From the UHGV virus genome UHGV-0285609: a stretch of DNA of 46,168 nt. One strand, 5' to 3'. The stretch is from a virus. Below, one piece after another: positions 8,374-17,545 of this stretch. The translations under genes and the position numbers were made by a program. The notes beneath the pieces are model-generated. The model saw only the letters and a list, made by a program, of their open reading frames with translations, was not told the origin of the DNA and did not search any database. Numbering within the stretch: position 1 is the stretch's first letter; the number at the start of each line of letters is the position of its first letter.

Positions 8374-8532
8374 ATAATTAAAGTTAAGGAAAACAAATAA
8401 AACAAAACAGGAGGAACAAATAAGGAGATATGAATTATGAACAGAACAGAAGCAATCAAAAAGGCTTGGAACTTAGTAGAAGCTGTAAAGAAAGAAAAAG
8501 GATTCATGCACAGTAGTATTTACAGCTTACAC

Positions 8533-8604
8533 ATTGCCTTATGGTGAAATGGTAACACGCATGACTTTGATTCATGTATTTGTTGGTTCGAGTCCAGCTA
8601 GGGC
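8533..8604 (+). tRNA. tRNA-Gln (anticodon UUG)
   Basis: Manual fold: acceptor TGCCTTA/TAGGGCA (one G-U), 3-bp D stem, anticodon stem CATGA/TCATG with loop CTTTGAT, T arm GTTGG-TTCGAGT-CCAGC, discriminator G. CCA not encoded. Confidence 0.6.
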
Positions 8605-8680
8605 AGTTGCACACTTAAAGGTGTGCATACCAAATTTCTTTTCTTGCTAAAGTGTTGTGAGTAGTGTGCAAGCCACGAAA

Positions 8681-8752
8681 GCAACACATAAGGACTATTA
8701 GTTCATTGGTAGAACAATCGTCTCATAAGCGAAGAGTAATAGGTTCGATTCC
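8681..8752 (+). tRNA. tRNA with CAU anticodon (Met, fMet or Ile2-lysidine)
   Basis: Manual fold: acceptor GGACTAT/ATAGTCC (perfect), D arm GTTC-ATTGGTA-GAAC, anticodon loop CTCATAA, T arm ATAGG-TTCGATT-CCTAT, discriminator A. Confidence 0.7.
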
Positions 8753-8824
8753 TATATAGTCCATTTAGGCATAAGCCTAAAAGAAAACAAACAAACATTT
8801 ATTTCAGAAAGGAAGTACAAAACA

Positions 8825-9127
8825 ATGGAAGAAAGAAAAGAAAGAGTAAACGAGAAAACAGTTGAGGAGAGAGTTGAAGCAGTAGAAAACAAACTTGATA
8901 TTATTCTTGAAAGCCAAGCAACAATTATGAATGCAATCGGTGCAGTGATATGTATGAGTGAAATAAAGGATGAAGATTTGAAGATGAAAAATGCAACACT
9001 TGAAAACTTGATTAATCACAGGGATATATGCATGAAAGAAGTTCATGGAAAACCATATGAAGAAATGCTAGAAGCAATGGATACGTTGACAAATATGGTA
9101 GATGTTCTTGATAAAATATTTAAGTAA
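8825..9127 (+). CDS. hypothetical coiled-coil protein immediately upstream of terminase large subunit (terminase small subunit candidate by position only)
   Basis: Position and size; no motif evidence. Confidence 0.3.
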   Translation: MEERKERVNEKTVEERVEAVENKLDIILESQATIMNAIGAVICMSEIKDEDLKMKNATLENLINHRDICMKEVHGKPYEEMLEAMDTLTNMVDVLDKIFK

Positions 9128-9131
9128 AGCA

Positions 9132-9160
9132 TTGACGAACAAAATATAATATGGTATAAT
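9132..9160 (+). promoter_or_regulatory. sigma70 promoter TTGACG-17-TATAAT upstream of terminase
   Basis: ttgacg 9132-9137, tataat 9155-9160. Confidence 0.5.
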
Positions 9161-9247
9161 TAATTCAAACAGAAAGGCAGATGCACAGTGATGTATCTGT
9201 CCTTTTCTGTTATTACAAACAAACTAAAACAAAAGGAGAGAAGAAGC

Positions 9248-10606
9248 ATGGATGTTAATATTGATGTTTCAAAAAGATTCTCCACTTTTTTAACAGATTG
9301 GAATTATGAACAATACCTTTTATTCGGTGGATATGGTAGTGGAAAGAGTTACCATGTTGCACTTAAAATCATATTAAAATTATTAGAAGAAAGAAGAACC
9401 TGTTTGGTTGTAAGACAGGTATATGGAACAATAAAAGAATCATGTTTTGCATTATTCAAAGAGATACTAGAAAAGATGAACATGTTAAGTGATGAATCAC
9501 TACCAAACCAACACTTGCCTAAGAATGGAAAAGCTGTGGCTGTTATGTCACCAATGGAAGTAAGATTTTCAAATGGTAGCAGAATTATATTCAGAGGAAT
9601 GGACAATGTAGAGAAAATAAAGTCAATACATGGTGTTTCTATTGTTTGGATGGAAGAGTGTAGTGAAATACGTTATGATGCTTATACAGAGCTTTTAGGA
9701 CGTATTAGAGAGCCTAAAATGTCATTGCATTTTATTATGACAACAAACCCAGTAGGGAAAGAGAACTGGGTGTACAATACCTTTTTTACACATACAGATG
9801 ATAAAGGAAAAGAACATGTAATACAGGATGAACAGGAGATATACAAAAGAAGAACATTAGTAAACAAAAAGAATGGAGTATATTACCATCATAGTATTGC
9901 AGACGATAACCCTTTCTTGCCAGCGTCATATATAAAGCGTTTGGATGGTTTAAAGATAAATGACCCACATTTATGGACTGTTGCAAGGTGGGGAAGATTC
10001 GGAGCAAGTGGAACAAGAGTATTACCACAGTTTACGATTGCAACAAACGCAAAACAATTTACAAACACAATAACAAACATACCAAGCAAATATCATTTCT
10101 TTGGGTTGGACTTTGGTTTTGAAACAAGTTATAATGCATTGATTAGTTGTGCAGTAGATGACAAAAACAAAATACTCTATATCTATGATGAAGTATACAG
10201 AAACCATATAACAGATAACAAATTTATTTTGTTGGATGGAGTACAAAGAACATTTAAAAGAGCTGAAAGATGTAACAAGCCTATATTTGCGGATTCCGCT
10301 GAGCCAAAGTCTATACAGTATTATAGACAAGAGGGAGTAAAGATGTACGCATGTAAGAAGTATGCAGGAAGTAGGCTACAGAACATAAAGAAGATAAAAC
10401 GTTTTAAAAAGATTGTTTGCTCACCTAAGTGCAGAAACACAATAAAGGAATTGAAAGATTTAACGTATGCGAAAGATGCAAAAGGCAATGTGATATATGA
10501 TGAGTTTAACATAGATGCTCACACTTTTGACAGTATCGCATACTCGTTAGACCAGTATACAGTAGCCGATATTAAGCAAATAAAGACAAATAGTAAGCAT
10601 GGTTAG
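9248..10606 (+). CDS. terL: terminase large subunit
   Basis: Walker A LLFGGYGSGKSY, Walker B-like VWMEECSE, C-terminal nuclease-domain acidic residues. ATG 9248 preferred (AAAGGAGAG RBS); the track ORF begins at 9188. Confidence 0.85.
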   Translation: MDVNIDVSKRFSTFLTDWNYEQYLLFGGYGSGKSYHVALKIILKLLEERRTCLVVRQVYGTIKESCFALFKEILEKMNMLSDESLPNQHLPKNGKAVAVMSPMEVRFSNGSRIIFRGMDNVEKIKSIHGVSIVWMEECSEIRYDAYTELLGRIREPKMSLHFIMTTNPVGKENWVYNTFFTHTDDKGKEHVIQDEQEIYKRRTLVNKKNGVYYHHSIADDNPFLPASYIKRLDGLKINDPHLWTVARWGRFGASGTRVLPQFTIATNAKQFTNTITNIPSKYHFFGLDFGFETSYNALISCAVDDKNKILYIYDEVYRNHITDNKFILLDGVQRTFKRAERCNKPIFADSAEPKSIQYYRQEGVKMYACKKYAGSRLQNIKKIKRFKKIVCSPKCRNTIKELKDLTYAKDAKGNVIYDEFNIDAHTFDSIAYSLDQYTVADIKQIKTNSKHG

Positions 10607-10674
10607 GAGTTGTAAGGGTAAGCAATAAAAATGGAATATAGGCGGTAAATAGAAGCTTATAGGAGGTGTTAAGA

Positions 10675-10926
10675 ATGTTGAGAAGTTGGAAGAAGTTAAA
10701 AACAGTTAAGACCAGTATAAAACAGCTAAGAGGTATGCAAGCACAGAACATTGGTGATGATTATAGTTGTGGAATCTATAATGGAATAGAGTTATGTATG
10801 GCAATCATAGAAGAAAGAGAACCAGTATTTGCAACATATGATTCAGAGCCATTGAATATAGAACATGATGAAACAGTAGAAAGAACAGTGGCAAGCGGAA
10901 TAATTAGAAGAGGTACAGGCTTATGA
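10675..10926 (+). CDS. hypothetical protein
   Basis: AGGAGG RBS 8 nt upstream of ATG 10675. Confidence 0.4.
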   Translation: MLRSWKKLKTVKTSIKQLRGMQAQNIGDDYSCGIYNGIELCMAIIEEREPVFATYDSEPLNIEHDETVERTVASGIIRRGTGL

Positions 10927-11231
10927 GAGAATTACATTTTGATGTTGCCGGTCAGTTATTAAGACGAAATAAACAATGTGACTTTGAAAACATTGTAAGG
11001 GGTTCTGACAATTATTTGTGTTTGGTATTCCATTTTGACAATGATTGGAAAGAAACAAAAAGAGTTATAAGTTTTTATGATGTAGATGGAAAACAAACGA
11101 ATGAGATTATAAAGGATAGAGTAACAGTTCCAGTAGTTGTAACACATGGAAGTATGTTTTATTTTGAATTAACAGGTAAAAGCAACAAAACAAGAATAAC
11201 AACAAACAGGGCATATATAGAACAAACATAA
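10923..11231 (+). CDS. hypothetical protein
   Basis: ORF overlapping the previous stop. Confidence 0.4.
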   Translation: MRELHFDVAGQLLRRNKQCDFENIVRGSDNYLCLVFHFDNDWKETKRVISFYDVDGKQTNEIIKDRVTVPVVVTHGSMFYFELTGKSNKTRITTNRAYIEQT

Positions 11232-11244
11232 GGAGGCGTAAGAA

Positions 11245-13800
11245 GTGCCTAGTGTAGATGAATTGCTAAATGCGGCAGAAGTGGCAGTAAATGAAACAGA
11301 AACAAATGATATAATAGAGATAGACGCAGATACAAGAACAATGATTATTCCAGACACAGAAAGAATATTCGGTGTTATGAGTGATGAAAAAGGTGAAAGA
11401 AAATATTTCAGATGTAAGAGGTTTGTTGGTAATGGAATAGACCTAAGCAAGCTGTCTTTAAGAATTGTTTTTCAGAATGCGAGTGGTTTGGACACAGGAA
11501 AAGACAAATATATTGTTACAGACCTAGCAACAGATGGAGAAGATTATGTAACATTCAGTTGGGAATTGAGCAGAAAAGTAACAGCATATAAAGGAATTAT
11601 TTCTTTTATTGTTTGTGCTATTAAAACAAAATCAGATGGAACAATAACAAACGAGTGGAATACAACATTTGCAAATGGTATAGTGTTAGAGGGATTGGAA
11701 GCAAATGGAACACAGGAACAGGAGCAAGTTGCAAAGGACTATTATAATCAGCTTGAAGCAGAATTGTTAAAAGTAGCAAATGAACAGAAAGCAGAAATTG
11801 AAAAGAAAGCACAAGAAGTAATAGAAACAATTCCAAGTGACTATACAGCGTTGAAAGAGAATGTGGATAAACTAAATGAAGATTTGGGTGACACAAAACA
11901 TAAATTAAAATTATATACAATTTCGTTGATTCATGGCTATCACTATAAGTCCGGTAATACCGTTAAATGGAATGATAATGGAGAGGTGGCTGATAAGAGA
12001 TTAGGCACTCAATATCCTCTCACATGGGATAATGTTCCATGCGGTGCAATTATACAGTGTTATGACAAAGCTGTATGTAGATTGTGGTATGCGGATGTCG
12101 ATAACAACATTATTGGTTTTAATGATAATTTTTTAAAAGCTGTAACAATAGAGCCAACATATAATGGGACGTCTTACCATCATTTCTATCTCGACTTTAA
12201 AAATGTTGATGATACATTATTGAGAATTGAAGATGATTTTTATGATATTATCCAAAACGAACCTAATGCTGTTGATACCATTAAAGACTTTAATCAATTT
12301 TTAGAAGATTATATAAACAATGATCAAAACTTATGGCACAATCTTGTTGATGGCGAATATTGTTTAAGCACAACAGGGGTTTTTACTGCCAACCCTGAAA
12401 CTGTTAGAACTGATTATATTAATGTTAGAGGGCATAAAAAAATTTATATTTCTAACACATATGCTCAGTACTGTTTTTACAACAGAAAAAAAGAATACAT
12501 CACAGGAAGCAGAATATCAACAGAATCGTATAGTACTGCTTTATCAAAAAATGCTGAATACAAAGAAATCGATATTCCACTTCAAGCAGAATTTTTTGTT
12601 GTTAGTACAAGACTTGCAAACAAATATCGGTTTATTGCAACATTTAATAAAGAGGAATTCGTTAATAAATGCTTATATAATGTAAACATGGAAACTATAA
12701 TTGCTTCGCCATCTGATGTTAACATGAGTGGTGGCACTTTTAACAATGGTTATAGAATGAATACTGGTACTATTAGAATGTACAGATACACAACGCTTGA
12801 TAGGTCAAGAATGTCAGCAATATTCAACTGCGATAGTGATTCGATTATTCGTTTTGGTTATAATTCATCAGCTACAGAAATAGGAGATACGAATGCTGAT
12901 TGTGGTTTAGTAGTTGTTATTGACACTTCTTCTAAAACATTAAAGGTGTATAGATGGAACTGGGCTACTGGCAACCCTACAGATTTAGTTGGTAAAACAA
13001 CATTCGAATTCGATTTGACAGATGGATATAATTATATTATTACAATCGAAAAAAACACAATATGGGATATTACTATTACACTGCAAAATGCGAGCATCAC
13101 TAGAAACAGCGTTTTGATTGAACATAAAATTGTATTCGAAGAAAATATACAAACGAAAAGTGGTTATTGTCGTTGCTGGGGGTGCGGTCGTTTTAGTGTT
13201 GTTTCTGGTAGTGTAACACTTAAGCGTTTTAATATGTTCGCACTCGGAAATTTGAATCCAAAATTATACATTATCGGTGATAGCTATGTAGAACAGGCTG
13301 GCAGAAACCCCCTATGCGGATATGGTCAGAGATTGTATGAACATTTAAACGGTGATGTTGTTCTGTCAGGGAGAGGTGGAGCAAAAACTGATAATGTTAG
13401 AAAAAGAATATGGGAAGAATTATCAACGTGTAGACCTAAATACTGTATTCTCGAAGTTGGTATGAACGATTCTGTTAATACATCAAGTGCTAGTATCAAT
13501 GGTTACAAAGAAAGTATGAATGAGTTAATCTCTATTGTTAAAGAACATGGTTGTATTCCTGTTCTAACAACGATTCCAAGAAGATTAGATTCTGATAATT
13601 TAACGTTTATTGAAGAGGTTAATCCTTGGATTAAGTCACTTGGCTATAAGGTAATTGATGAAGCACTTGTTATGTCAAACGGTGACGGTGTAACACAGGA
13701 TTCTAGCATGTATCAATCGGATTTAATTCACCCTACTATTGAAGCGGGTAAAGCTGTTTTTGACTGGATTGAAGCAAATCTACCAGAGCTGATATATTAA
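11245..13800 (+). CDS. large (851 aa) probable virion-associated protein with C-terminal SGNH/GDSL hydrolase domain
   Basis: C-terminal motifs YIIGDSYVEQAG (GDS block I), GGAKTDN, EVGMNDS (GxND block III), and DLIHP (DxxH block V). Confidence 0.55.
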   Translation: MPSVDELLNAAEVAVNETETNDIIEIDADTRTMIIPDTERIFGVMSDEKGERKYFRCKRFVGNGIDLSKLSLRIVFQNASGLDTGKDKYIVTDLATDGEDYVTFSWELSRKVTAYKGIISFIVCAIKTKSDGTITNEWNTTFANGIVLEGLEANGTQEQEQVAKDYYNQLEAELLKVANEQKAEIEKKAQEVIETIPSDYTALKENVDKLNEDLGDTKHKLKLYTISLIHGYHYKSGNTVKWNDNGEVADKRLGTQYPLTWDNVPCGAIIQCYDKAVCRLWYADVDNNIIGFNDNFLKAVTIEPTYNGTSYHHFYLDFKNVDDTLLRIEDDFYDIIQNEPNAVDTIKDFNQFLEDYINNDQNLWHNLVDGEYCLSTTGVFTANPETVRTDYINVRGHKKIYISNTYAQYCFYNRKKEYITGSRISTESYSTALSKNAEYKEIDIPLQAEFFVVSTRLANKYRFIATFNKEEFVNKCLYNVNMETIIASPSDVNMSGGTFNNGYRMNTGTIRMYRYTTLDRSRMSAIFNCDSDSIIRFGYNSSATEIGDTNADCGLVVVIDTSSKTLKVYRWNWATGNPTDLVGKTTFEFDLTDGYNYIITIEKNTIWDITITLQNASITRNSVLIEHKIVFEENIQTKSGYCRCWGCGRFSVVSGSVTLKRFNMFALGNLNPKLYIIGDSYVEQAGRNPLCGYGQRLYEHLNGDVVLSGRGGAKTDNVRKRIWEELSTCRPKYCILEVGMNDSVNTSSASINGYKESMNELISIVKEHGCIPVLTTIPRRLDSDNLTFIEEVNPWIKSLGYKVIDEALVMSNGDGVTQDSSMYQSDLIHPTIEAGKAVFDWIEANLPELIY

Positions 13801-13916
13801 TAAACTATCTGAAAAAAAAAATGTCGACAGTACGTAATTAATTAAAGGTTGATATAGTTAATTAAGAACATAACATAATGGTAAAACAATTTTGATTAAT
13901 TAGGAGGTATAACAAT

Positions 13917-14243
13917 GTGACAACTGCGGAAATGATTGGTATTGTGGTAATAGGGTTAAGTTCTTTAATCGGAGTATTCACAGCAATATACAGACCCTTA
14001 AGTGAAAACACAAAAGCAATGACAAAATTAACACTAAGAGTTGAACAGTTGGCAAAAGAAATAAAAGAACAAAATGAGAAACTAGAAAAACAAAACAAAG
14101 AAATGGAAGATTACAAAGAACATGTGAGAAAAGGGCAGAAAGAACAATGGGATGCAATAGAGAGAAATGAAAAAGAAATAGATGAAACAAAACATGCATT
14201 AGAATTATGTAAATTAGAAAATGGAGGTAAAAAACATGTTTAA
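13917..14243 (+). CDS. membrane-anchored coiled-coil protein (XhlA/holin-accessory-like), GTG start
   Basis: N-terminal TM helix IGIVVIGLSSLIGVFTAI followed by a long coiled coil. AGGAGG RBS upstream of GTG 13917. Confidence 0.4.
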   Translation: MTTAEMIGIVVIGLSSLIGVFTAIYRPLSENTKAMTKLTLRVEQLAKEIKEQNEKLEKQNKEMEDYKEHVRKGQKEQWDAIERNEKEIDETKHALELCKLENGGKKHV

Positions 14244-14466
14244 GAATTGTGTATTCAAACCAAGTGTAAATACTATTGAATGGATTAAAGCGGCAAGTGT
14301 AAGAGCAATTAAAACAATGGCACAGGCGGCACTCGGTATTATGGGAACTGGTATTTTTATTCATGATATAGATTGGATAATGGTAGTTTCAGCAAGTATT
14401 GTTGCTGGCATTGCAAGCATTTTAACAAGCGTTGCTGGCATTGAAGAAGTACAAGCTAAGGAATAA
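14236..14466 (+). CDS. holin candidate (two TM helices, phiLC3-like class)
   Basis: TM helices AQAALGIMGTGIFI and MVVSASIVAGIASILTSVAGI with a charged C-terminus. Sits immediately upstream of the endolysin. GGAGG RBS before ATG 14236. Confidence 0.55.
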   Translation: MFKNCVFKPSVNTIEWIKAASVRAIKTMAQAALGIMGTGIFIHDIDWIMVVSASIVAGIASILTSVAGIEEVQAKE

Positions 14467-14521
14467 TAGTATAGCATATAAAAATTGATTCTAGGGGCAT
14501 TCTAGGAGGTTATAGAGATAT

Positions 14522-15436
14522 ATGAGTAAAACAGCACAAGGATTAATCGAGTTTGCAAAAAGCAAGATTGGAACTCCGTATGTATATGGAGCAAAAGGAA
14601 CAGTATTAACATTAGAGCAGATACGGACATTAAGAAGAATGTATGGCTCTAACTGTGTTTGGTACAGTGATGATAACAAAGCTGGAAAGGTTTGTGTAGA
14701 TTGTAGTGGGCTTATAAGCTGGTATACTGGTATTGTAAGAGGAAGTGGACAATATAAAGAAACGGCAGAAGAAGTTGTTCCAATTTCACAGAGAACAAAT
14801 AACCATATTGGTTGGGCGGTATGGATGAATGGACATATTGGAGTGTATCTTGGAAATGATACATATATTGCCGCAGATGGTTCGGCGTATGGTGTTAGAA
14901 TTGCAAATTTATCACAAAACAGATTTACAGATTTATTGAAACTCTGTGATATTGATTATGGTGACGGAATAAAGCAACCAGAAGTACAGAAGCCACAGGC
15001 AAGCGGAGGACATTACAATGTTCCAGTTAATTTCACATATGCAGTAAGAGTTGAGGGTGGAACAATCTATCCATTTGTAAGAAATCTACAGGACTTTGCG
15101 GGGGTACAAGGCAGAAAGATAACAGATATTGCAATTAAGTGTGATGTTGGCTCAGTTTCGTACAGAGTTCATGTTCTTGGTGGAAAATGGTTACCTTTTG
15201 TTTCTGGATGTAATTGGAGTGATTCGAACAATGGCTATGCTGGTATTGGAAGAGTTATTGATGCGGTACAAGTTATTTACCATCCACCAGTAGGAAGTTG
15301 GCAGAAAGCACAGTACAGAATCTCACCAGTTAAACGAGGATACTATTCATGGCAGTATAATGATGAAACAACAGGCGGACAGGATGGATATGCGGGTGCT
15401 TTTGGAGTTCCAATGGACAGATTCCAGTTATTCTAA
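14522..15436 (+). CDS. endolysin, NlpC/P60 (CHAP-like) cysteine peptidase domain plus C-terminal probable cell-wall-binding domain
   Basis: GTPYVYGAKG...CVDCSGLISW...GHIGVYLG matches the NlpC/P60 Cys-His core. Confidence 0.75.
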   Translation: MSKTAQGLIEFAKSKIGTPYVYGAKGTVLTLEQIRTLRRMYGSNCVWYSDDNKAGKVCVDCSGLISWYTGIVRGSGQYKETAEEVVPISQRTNNHIGWAVWMNGHIGVYLGNDTYIAADGSAYGVRIANLSQNRFTDLLKLCDIDYGDGIKQPEVQKPQASGGHYNVPVNFTYAVRVEGGTIYPFVRNLQDFAGVQGRKITDIAIKCDVGSVSYRVHVLGGKWLPFVSGCNWSDSNNGYAGIGRVIDAVQVIYHPPVGSWQKAQYRISPVKRGYYSWQYNDETTGGQDGYAGAFGVPMDRFQLF

Positions 15437-15459
15437 AACAAAACGAAACAAACATTTAT

Positions 15460-15484
15460 GGGTGGAGAAATCCACCCTTTTGTT
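15460..15484 (+). terminator. rho-independent terminator gggtgga-gaaa-tccaccc followed by TTTTGTT
   Basis: Perfect 7-bp GC-rich stem plus T-run after the lysin gene. Confidence 0.65.
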
Positions 15485-15505
15485 ATATATAAAACATAAA
15501 ATAAT

Positions 15506-15534
15506 TATTGACTTATATATATTTATATATTATA
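15506..15534 (+). promoter_or_regulatory. consensus sigma70 promoter TTGACT-17-TATAAT upstream of portal
   Basis: ttgact 15506-15511, tataat 15529-15534. Confidence 0.55.
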
Positions 15535-15568
15535 ATATATTATATAATAGAAAGGAGTATAATATTAA

Positions 15569-17134
15569 ATGGCTAGTAATAAACAACATAGTGTTGAAGT
15601 AATACAAGCATTAAGAAATTTCCCTTATTTTGTTTTAAGAAATGAAATAGAAGAGGGATACAATTTATATACACAGGAATTGTTACAGATACAACAAAAC
15701 TATATGGATTATAAAAAAGGTGCTGAATTTGTAACAGAGGGAACAGCGGGAGATTATGTAGCATCAGATGTTAGATTCAAGATTGCTAAAACATTAATTG
15801 ACAAAGAAGCAAGATTCATGTTTAGTCAAACACCAGATTTTTTAATTCAGCAAAATTATGTTGATGAAGAAAATGAAGAACAGGTACAACAATATCAAAC
15901 ATTGGTAAATAAAGTTTTAAAAAAAAGCGGTTTCTCTAGAACACTGTTACAAAGTGCAAAAGATTGTTTTATCGGAAAACGTGTAGCATGTTTGGTGGAT
16001 TTTTCAGAACAGGATGGAATACAAGCACATTTTTATAACAGTTTGCAGTTTTATTATGAAACAGATTATGATTCAGATAGATTAACAAAGTTTATAAGTT
16101 TTAAAAGAGTAAATAGAACAAAACAAACAAAACAGAAGAAATATTTAGTAAACAGGTATGAAGAAATAAATGGACAAATATACTTTAGTTCAACACTATA
16201 CAATGGAATCGGCAATGTAGAACAAAAGGTTGTACCAGAACAAATATTAAAGTTGGAATATATCCCAGCAGTTGTTATTCTGAATGATGGAACATTGTTT
16301 GATGAATTAGGAATATCAGAAATTGAAGATTTAGCAATGTATGAAGCTGGGTACAGTAGATTAGGAAATGCGGATATAGACAGTGAGAGAAAAGGAATGA
16401 ATCCTATTCGTTATACAGTTGATATGAATGCAGAAACCACAGCCAATCTAAGTAGTGGAGCGGGAGCATACTGGGATTTACGTTCAGAGCAAAACCAAAA
16501 TGAAGTTCACCCGTCTGTCGGAACATTAGCACCACAGATGAACCATACAGAGAGCGTTAAAACAACACTTGATAGAATTAAAACAACAATGTATGGCGAA
16601 CTTGATATTCCAAATATTTCAGAAGAAACAATGGCTGGAACAATAACAAGCGGAAAAGCACTGAAAGCTTTATATTATCCGTTGCAAGTAAGATGTGATG
16701 AAAAAATGAAAGCATGGATACCAGCGTTAGAGTTTGTTGTTAAATGTATTCTTGATATTGCAATGTTAAACAAAGATGAAGTTATTTCAAAGTATGTTTT
16801 AACAGGTTTGGATGAAATACAGTATAACATTAATATTTTAGAGCATTATGCACTTATGGAAGATGAAGATGATGAAAAAGCGTCAGACCTTTCAGAGATT
16901 GCGGCAAATGCTAGAAGTAGAAAGTCATACATTAAGAAGTGGAGAAAGGACGAATTCAAAACAGACGCACAGATTGATGATGAACTTATGCAGATAGCGG
17001 TAGAAAATAATATGTTTGATAGTATGAGTATAAATACACAAGTACAGGGAGAACTTGAAAACATTGGAACAAAACAGCAAGTCGAAAAGAATGTACAACA
17101 AATTGAAACACAAACAAAACTTGAAGAGGAATAA
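15569..17134 (+). CDS. portal protein
   Basis: About 520 aa, immediately followed by a MuF-like minor head protein gene (SPP1 gp6/gp7-like arrangement). Acidic C-terminal region. Confidence 0.6.
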   Translation: MASNKQHSVEVIQALRNFPYFVLRNEIEEGYNLYTQELLQIQQNYMDYKKGAEFVTEGTAGDYVASDVRFKIAKTLIDKEARFMFSQTPDFLIQQNYVDEENEEQVQQYQTLVNKVLKKSGFSRTLLQSAKDCFIGKRVACLVDFSEQDGIQAHFYNSLQFYYETDYDSDRLTKFISFKRVNRTKQTKQKKYLVNRYEEINGQIYFSSTLYNGIGNVEQKVVPEQILKLEYIPAVVILNDGTLFDELGISEIEDLAMYEAGYSRLGNADIDSERKGMNPIRYTVDMNAETTANLSSGAGAYWDLRSEQNQNEVHPSVGTLAPQMNHTESVKTTLDRIKTTMYGELDIPNISEETMAGTITSGKALKALYYPLQVRCDEKMKAWIPALEFVVKCILDIAMLNKDEVISKYVLTGLDEIQYNINILEHYALMEDEDDEKASDLSEIAANARSRKSYIKKWRKDEFKTDAQIDDELMQIAVENNMFDSMSINTQVQGELENIGTKQQVEKNVQQIETQTKLEEE

Positions 17135-17154
17135 AAAAAAGTTTCAGAAAGTTG

Positions 17155-17186
17155 TTGACATTTATATTGTTATAGTGTATTATAAT
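17155..17186 (+). promoter_or_regulatory. sigma70 promoter TTGACA-17-TATTAT(aat)
   Basis: ttgaca 17155-17160, -10 at 17178-17186. Confidence 0.45.
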
Positions 17187-17227
17187 ATTTGTAAGTAAAA
17201 AGAAAACAAATAAGGAGAGTAAAAGAA

Positions 17228-17539
17228 ATGAAAACAACTTTTAACAGAACAATGATGATTGAGGATTTGACAAAGGCAGTAGTTGAATTACATATTTTTA
17301 AAAATTGTAAGTACACAAACAAACCGGGAGAGCTTGGAGAAGAAATTGTATTAAAATTTAAAAGTGTTAAGTCTTGGAGTATTATCGAGGGTGGAGAAGA
17401 AGCCGAAGAAATTGAAAGTTGGATAGATGCAAGTGGAGTTGACGAACATGACGAATATCATGAATATTTAGTCCTACATTTTCAAAATGGAACAACTGCA
17501 ACTTTTAGAAATTCTCACACAGTTATGTTTTTAAAATAG
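17228..17539 (+). CDS. hypothetical protein
   Basis: ORF with AAGGAGAG RBS. Confidence 0.4.
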   Translation: MKTTFNRTMMIEDLTKAVVELHIFKNCKYTNKPGELGEEIVLKFKSVKSWSIIEGGEEAEEIESWIDASGVDEHDEYHEYLVLHFQNGTTATFRNSHTVMFLK

Positions 17540-17545
17540 GGAGGT

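Noticed and set aside
8605-8680. Possible third tRNA between tRNA-Gln and tRNA-CAU
   Set aside because: Has stable hairpins but no T-loop-like TTCRANY motif or 7-bp acceptor pairing, so it is reported only as a structured spacer.
13811-13822. A10 homopolymer and TTAATTAA palindromes in the 13801-13916 intergenic region; A9 run inside primase at about 36312
   Set aside because: Consistent with AT-rich composition. The primase run stays in frame (DEKKII). No evidence of programmed slippage.
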